Source of the DNA: Octopus vulgaris
Lineage: Eukaryota
DNA: 64,000 nt
NCBI GenBank assembly: GCA_951406725.2
Contig: OX597819.1
Location: 19,096,001-19,160,000, forward strand
Direction: 5' to 3'
The position numbers were made by a program, and so were the translations under genes. Below are positions 56,913 to 64,000 of the stretch, in pieces (within the stretch, counting starts at the first letter, position 1; every line of letters starts with the position of its first letter). Below the pieces are notes generated by a model, which did not search any database, had not been told where the DNA came from, and saw only the letters and a program-made list of their open reading frames with translations.

Positions 56913-57387
56913 GCCGTTGCACAGCTTCTAATATTGGCGATGTACTACGGTGTCAGTTGTTCACTACCAATGAACAACTTGTTTTTTTTTGCAAACGCTC
57001 CACCCTTATTGCAGCTCCTATTTGTTCCACGTACATCTCGAGTTTTTTGCTCACTGTCTCCAAGACTGCGCCATTTATTGGTACTACCGCTACCTTTTTC
57101 ATCGACCACAACTGCTTAACCGCTCAAGATAACCGGTCATATCTCTCGACTTTCCTTTCTTCTTTATTGCCATCCTTGTTGTCAGCTGGGCATGCTATAT
57201 CTATGATCCAACATAGTTTGTTTTCTTTCTCAATTAAGACTAAGTCTGGCTTCCTATTCTCAATCTAATGGTTGCACTGAATCATAAAATCCCACTGGAT
57301 CTTTGCATTTCTATTTTCGACGATGCCTTCAGTTGTGTCGTCGTAACAATTTTTTGCTCTGTCAAGTCCATACTTGTTGCAAAGTGG
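56913..57387 (-). mobile_element. R4/Dong-like LINE fragment (RLE domain), second subfamily
   Basis: Minus strand reads LCNKYGLDRAKNCYD..EGIVENRNAKIQWDFMIQCNH*IENRKPDLVLIEKENKLCWIIDIACPADNK...KVERY...LWSMKKVAVVPI. (TAA)n lies on both sides. Confidence 0.85.
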
Positions 57388-57959
57388 TATTATTATTATT
57401 GTGTGAAAGAGCAATGTATGCCATCAAAGTAACACTAGGGTAAAACATACGAAGCCCCGTATACCCATCATCACAACTACTCCTCTGATAACGGTACACT
57501 AGGCACATACATCACAACCACTTGCGCACGACATGGTGATCAAATATCAAGATAAACAGCTCATGACCTTGCAGTGGGGGCCCAGTTAGGATTTCCTTCT
57601 GATCGAGTAACCCATCCCGCTGAAAAGGTCCATAAATAACGATTGTTTAAGGGTTTTGAACGAATCCCCAATGTTTACAAAGGTGAATTATCCAAAACTC
57701 CAAGATCCTTTCAACACACGGCTATGATGCTCCCCCACTACTTCTGCTCGTGATCAGAGATGCACATATATTCTCAGCCACGAAGTGACATGGTCAACTG
57801 GTTAAGGTCAAACAACTGACAAGCAAATCTGTGGTATTGAGCAGAATATTTGGTGTAGCCCATCTTTTATACCAAGACAAAACAATGTACATGATAACAC
57901 TTCCAATCAGTTAAGATCAGAAGTCACGAGTGCCACTGCATTGTACTGCATCAGGGCAT

Positions 57960-58099
57960 TTATTATTATTATTATCATTATTATCATTATTATTATTATT
58001 ATCATTATTATTATTATTATTATTATTATTGTTATTATTATTATTATTATTTTATTCTTATTCTTCTTCTTCTTCTTATTATTATTATTATTTTTATTA

Positions 58100-58180
<81 letters not shown>

Positions 58181-58265
58181 TCCTTATCGTCATCATCATC
58201 ATCATCGTCGTCGTCGTCGATATCATTATTATTATTATTATTATTATTATCATCATTATTATTAT
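57960..58265. repeat. Compound (TAT)n(TAG)n(CAT)n microsatellite
   Basis: Directly visible. Confidence 0.95.
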
Positions 58266-58274
58266 TTGCTTAAT

Positions 58275-58640
58275 AACACTCTACCTACTTGGCTGGGTGG
58301 TATGGTGAATTTCAGCTGTTCGCAGTCATTAACCTAATCTGACTCTTGTTTAACGATCATGCTTGAAGTAACTTTTGGGGGACCCTTACAACTCCAAGCA
58401 ATGCGGATTTTTGCAGGGGTTCTATCTTGTCACGTATACCAATGTTTTTGTGCCATATCATTAGTTTCCCGTTGACACTTCCAAGTACGCTAATTACTAC
58501 TGATATCACGTCCACAGTACATGCATACTCATCCCTGGGATTTCCTGTTTACCTCGGATGCCACTCTACGATGTAATTCTCCCAAGGTCTCTTGAAGTTG
58601 TCTAACTATTGTATTTTCAGTGACATGAAACTAATAGTAG
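58275..58640 (-). mobile_element. Degenerate R4/Dong-like LINE 3' end
   Basis: Minus-strand VISVVISVLG and LQKSALLG resemble the IPIIVGALG...QKIALLG of the 41.3-41.9 kb copy. It abuts a (TAA)n tract. Confidence 0.55.
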
Positions 58641-59129
58641 CTCGCATTTAGAGTTTGTGTATGTTAGATAATATGATGATGATGAGGAAGATGATGAGGA
58701 TGAGGATGATGAGGATGATGAGGAGAAGGATGATGAGGATGAGGATTATGATGATGATGATGAGGATGATGATGGTGATGGTAAGGATGATAAGAGGATG
58801 AAGTGGATAATGATAAAGAGGAGGAGGAGGTGGAGGAGGAATGCTAGCGTCTTCTTGTCCGAGAAAAAAATTGTTCCGCAATTTCTTGAACAACCTGCCT
58901 GAACAAATTTGCCACATGTCGTCAGGGGTCGAAGTGATCGAAGACCAACGTGAGAGGAAATATTTTACTCAAGAACAAAAGCCACCAATCAGTGCAGGCA
59001 TTGAAACCGTCTCTCGTGCCACACCCAAACCACTAGATCATACGGTGCCCTTCTATCCCCCCTCTCTTTCTGTCACACACGCACACACAAACACATACAC
59101 AGAGACACACATAAACATAAGTGCGAATA

Positions 59130-59360
59130 AGGCGGCGAGCTGGCAGAAGCGTTAGCACGCCGGGCAAAATGCTTAGCAGTATTTTGTCTGCCGTTACGTT
59201 CTGAGTTCAAATTCCGCCGAGGTCGACTTTGCCTTTCATCCTTTCGAGGTCGATTAAATAAGTACCAGTTACGCACTGGGGTCGATGTAATCGACTTAAT
59301 CTCCTTCTCTGTCCTTGTTTGTCTCCTCTATGTTTAGCCCCTTGTGGGCAATAAAGATAT
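59130..59360 (+). mobile_element. SINE, family 3 (full length)
   Basis: Head ggcggcgagcTGGCAGAAGCGttag...GAGTTCAAATTCC has pol III boxes, and the body is gactttgcctttcatcctttcgaggtcga. There are multiple copies in the window. Confidence 0.88.
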
Positions 59361-59975
59361 CACAAACATAAATGCGCATATGTATGTGTGTGTGGTTGTG
59401 TGTGTGTGTGTTTGTGTGTATGCGTGTTTGAGTTCGTGTGTGTGTTTGGATGTATGTATGCATGTATGTATACGTGTTTGTGTGTGTGTTAGCGAATATG
59501 CACACATTTATTGTAGAAGGGGGACAGAGAGAGAGGGAGAGAGAGTGTGTGTAAATGGAGGGCAAGAGAGAACTATATTGTCTCCGTAGAGACGAAGAAG
59601 AGAATGTAAAAAGTGAAACAGTGTGAAGAGAAAGATAAGAAAAACGAGTAAGAATGAGATGAAGGGAAAGTGGGGGGAGCGAGTGGGGGAAACGGTGGAT
59701 GAGAATTTCAGAAAGACTTTGTAGAAAAGAGTCAAAGAGAGGAAGGGAATCAGAGGAGAGAGGAAGAAAGAAAGACAGAGAGAGAGATTGAGAGAAGGAA
59801 GGGAGAAATAATAAGAAAGAGAGTTATATATAGAGAGAAAGAGTAATAGAACAATGAGAGTGAGACGGAGAGAAATAGTAAAATGGGGAGAGAATTGGAG
59901 AGGGAGTAAGAAGGATTGGAAAGTAAAATCTATGTTTTCTGATATTATGGGAGTAATGCATTCGGTTAAAAGGAT

Positions 59976-60046
<71 letters not shown>

Positions 60047-63000
60047 GATAGATAGAGAGAAAGATAAATAAAAAAGATAATAATTAATGCATGGAGAGAT
60101 AGATAAAAAGATATTGCATGAGAATGGCTGTGCCTAATTATGCGAGTGGGTTTGTGTGTGTATGTGTGAAACAGAGAGAGAAATAGAAAGAGGGAGAGAG
60201 AGAAAGAACAGCGAAACCGAGTTTGAGATAGATGGATGGAGTAAGAGAGAGAGAGAGAGAGAGAGTGAGGGTTAGAACATTTAGAACAAAGGCGTGTGGA
60301 AGCTGGGAGGGAAAGAGAGATAATAAGAACAGTGAAAGACTGAATGGAGGCGGGGAGCGGATGACAAAGTAAAAATTCTAGTATTTAAGCCAAACGGAGA
60401 GACGAGACGCCAAGATGTTGATCCTGACTAAATGACCCTTACATCTAATTAATTAATAATACTTTTGTATCTCTAATCTGATCTCAACGTAATAAAGAAT
60501 TATTTTTCTGCACAATATTGGATTAATTACTTCTGCAACCGTATTTCTCCATTCTTCTAATCTCCATTCTTTTATTCTATTCTCCGTCACAATTTTCGAC
60601 CATTCTTCCTTGTTCTATTCCTCCATTCTCTTTCACCTTAATCTAACTTTGTTTTTCAGCTTAATCTACTATTTTTCTCCATCTCATTCAATCACTCTTC
60701 CCTGTTCTATTCTTGTAGTTTCATATCCTTTTTTCCCTGCCATTGTTCTTTACTCTATTTTTACACTCTCTTTCCTATTATCCCACTATTCTCTTACTTT
60801 CTATTCTAGCAACATACTTCAGTCTGTTCTTCCTTCTCTTCTCTACTCTCATCTCGTTATCTCTATTCCATATTATATTCTTGCACATTTAATTACGTTA
60901 ATTTGTAATCTCAGTCCCTTTATTGTCATAAACTTCTTCAGATGTTTGCACATTCATTCATTTTTCCTTATATAACTGTCCTCCTTCTTTTCTTTTCTTC
61001 TCCACGTTCGTTCTTTCGCTTTAAGTTTATTTCCTTTTATATTTTTTTTCTATTCTTATTGTATCACATTTACCTTTCTTTAATCGTGTAATCTGTTATA
61101 CTTCTTTACAAAGTATATTCTTCACTCCTGTAGTTTCCATTCATCTTATATAGCCTTCTTCATTTCTTTCTCATGTAGTTATTTCATTCTCTTCGTCCTC
61201 GAAGTTATTCCCGTATTCTTCAGTCTTTTATGCTGATATCTTTTTCCGTCTACTATTCGAGCGTTGCCCAAAACATTAATATTCTCTTCCTTTCATAAAA
61301 CACAAATATTATCCATTCTCCATTAATTGTATTTATCTGACATTTGCTACAGATTGCTGACACATGCTTCCATTATCTTCTTCCAACTGTTCTTTTTACC
61401 TTCCTATATTCAATTGCACAAAAACAACATAAAAAAATAACAGAAGCAACGAAAAACACTGGCATTGTAAATTTTATGATAATCGATGGCAGAAGACAAA
61501 GCCGTTTGCAATGGAATGACAGCTGTTGCTTATGCAGCAGAAACCTGGTTCTGTCAAAAATAGTTGTGTAGGAAGGTAAAGTGCTCTAATTTTTAAACTA
61601 GTTTCACAAAAGGAATTCGCTGCAAATTTGCTGGCAAGAATTCCTCACTAACACATCTTGAAACCTGTATTCTAGTAATAATAATAAATAAAATGTTCCT
61701 GCGTATAATTCTATACAATTGATAGTAAGCTAACTCTATTCTGGGAACAAGAGGTAGAATTGTGCTGAGGTGAATGCTGTAATAATACAACATCATAGAA
61801 ACCTCTCAACCGCATTTTTGAAAATAGGATCGAATAAATACACCATTTCTAAACTGTCACAAGTTCTGTATCTCAAGAAAAATTGTGGGAAAGCTCAGTA
61901 TAAACCGAGTGTGTTCTCACCTAGAATTCCATTTAATAAAATTGAAAAATCTGAAATATCAAACTTGAAAATAGTTGTCTTTACACTGAGTTGGAAGAAG
62001 GTTATTTCTGTAGTTCTACGCTGAATATTAGAATTCTTGCTTTAACTTTCTGATTCTACTCTTCTCAGTGGAAGCGAATTCACTAATTGGCTACATAGAG
62101 AGTTTTTGAGAAATATTGAGCTTCAGGGGTCAATTACACGAAAATTGATTTCTTTATGTGTTTAAACAAGACGCTTTCTAGCACAGTGTGTCAGTTCGGT
62201 GAGTTATAAGTGGAACGAGACAAACATTTCAAGGGGAATGCGAACAGCGTTGGCTGTAATGAACTAACACCCTTAAAGCCAAAGACACATATTTCAACTC
62301 TTAGCTTCACACATTAGTTATTTGTTGTTGCTGTTGTTGTTGTTGAAATGTGCTAATCAGAACAGTAACTTTTGATATAAACAGTCTTTCCCAGCAACGA
62401 TTCCATGACTTCGTAGCGAAATTGAAAATAACTGGATAAAAAAAAATGGCAAATTCGCACACGTAAACACACATATATAAAAGTAACCACAAAGACATAT
62501 ATATTTCTCACTGTATATGAGTATGTGCATGTGTGTGTGTGTGTCTCTATATGTATCCCTGTGTGTGTGCGCGCGAAAGTATGCGTGTGTGTTTCTGTGT
62601 GTGAGAGTGTGTGTGTGTGTTTAGCATAGAGACGATAAAGAGCAGATTTTGAGGATGACATGGTTATGAATTACACAGTTTCCATTCTTTAACTCTCGTC
62701 ATTATGTTGTACACCTTGGCGCTTCCGACGGAGTAATTTTTTTTCTTTTCGATCCCCAGTCAGCGATTATTGATAATAGCCGATCCGTTCATGATAATAA
62801 AATTGTTACTAAAAGCTGCACAAATGTCAGCAAAGTATGTATAGTGAGGCTGTTCTGACGATTGCTAATTACAGTAATCATAACTCATTCACTTCTGAAG
62901 GTAGTTTTATTTCGGGTACCTCTATATATAGTTTAATATGAGTTTGATAATATTGTGGCTGGAATTTATTGAATTCTACATATAAAGCTTAATCGTCATC

Positions 63001-64000
63001 TTTGTAATTGCGAACGTTACGATTAATCTTAATGATGAGGTTAATCTCAACATTGTGCTACTAAAAGACAGTATTTTTATTGCTATTTCGTTTTCTGATG
63101 ACAATAAAAATAACTGAGTTGTCTCCCATCATTCCAAAACCAAGAACACTGAATACTTAATGATTAAAAAGATTGTTACGGAATTTATATGGGTTTTTTT
63201 ATTAGATTTTATTCTTGTCAGTGACTGCTTACACCTTCGTAGGTTTGGCGTTTGATAACATAACGACTTTAAGGAGTTAGGCTAATGAGGTTGTAGCCAC
63301 TTCGATACACACTGAAAGCGGTGGAGAATAGAAGTAAAAATGGGATTAAGATTTACACTGGATATTAAGTGATAACTATTTTACTACATATCAAAGCTGG
63401 GAACTGACGCACTTCATTATCGAATCCAATATGAAATGCATTTTTATTCTTGGCATTCAGTTCCATATATTTTTTCAACAACAACAGAAACACACCTTTC
63501 ATATTGCCTACATGTGCTTTTGCTATCACATTTACTGCCGTCATCGCCAGAAATAGAATTTGTGATAGAAAATATTTTGTTGTTAGGGTTCTTAGTTAGA
63601 CCGGCGAGCACTGTGGCTAATCCAACAATATATAATTTATGACGATTTTTACCTTCCTACTAACAACCGTACAACCCTTGAAGTCTCATTATTATTTAGT
63701 TTGTACTAATAGCCGTTCATTCCTCCATCTGAATTATTAACAATACTTCATTCCCATATGAATATTTATGCTCTTCTTGTCGTTCTAGGCATAACGTGTG
63801 GCCGAATCCTGTTCACATAATTGTGCTGGGTGACCGTTGACATCCTACTTGACGAGGCGGAAGGAAATTATGGGATTTTGCTTTCATATTTACGACAATA
63901 AGTTAGTTCTGACACCCGTTATTTAATCCCGAAGTTGACATTGCGAATTAACCTTAATTTTTGTAGTTTTCTCAGTTAAGTTTAAAATTTCATATGTATA

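Noticed and set aside
62013-62030. ttctacgctgaa match to the array hammerhead's 5' strand
   Set aside because: Only about 12 nt match, and there is no GA, stem II, GAAA or stem I partner downstream.

Overview
This is AT-rich, microsatellite-saturated eukaryotic DNA, most likely intronic or intergenic. The SINE and microsatellite landscape resembles an octopus (coleoid cephalopod) genome, but that is an inference from recalled repeat families. I found no intact host protein-coding gene; nearly all ORFs in the track are translations of simple repeats or antisense SINE frames. The window is a mobile-element landscape: three or more tRNA-derived SINE families, two non-autonomous Helitrons, two mariner derivatives (one a long foldback), four R4/Dong-like RLE LINE fragments beside (TAA)n tracts, and Penelope-like element (PLE) remnants. 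The most striking feature is a near-perfect array of 4 x ~600 bp (17146-19593) inside a (TA)n tract. Each unit carries an intact type I hammerhead ribozyme on the minus strand, giving a retrozyme-like / PLE pLTR concatemer predicted to self-cleave into ~600-nt monomers. Two further dispersed hammerhead-like families with non-canonical cores are present, and one of them is physically linked to a Naiad-type GIY-YIG endonuclease remnant.
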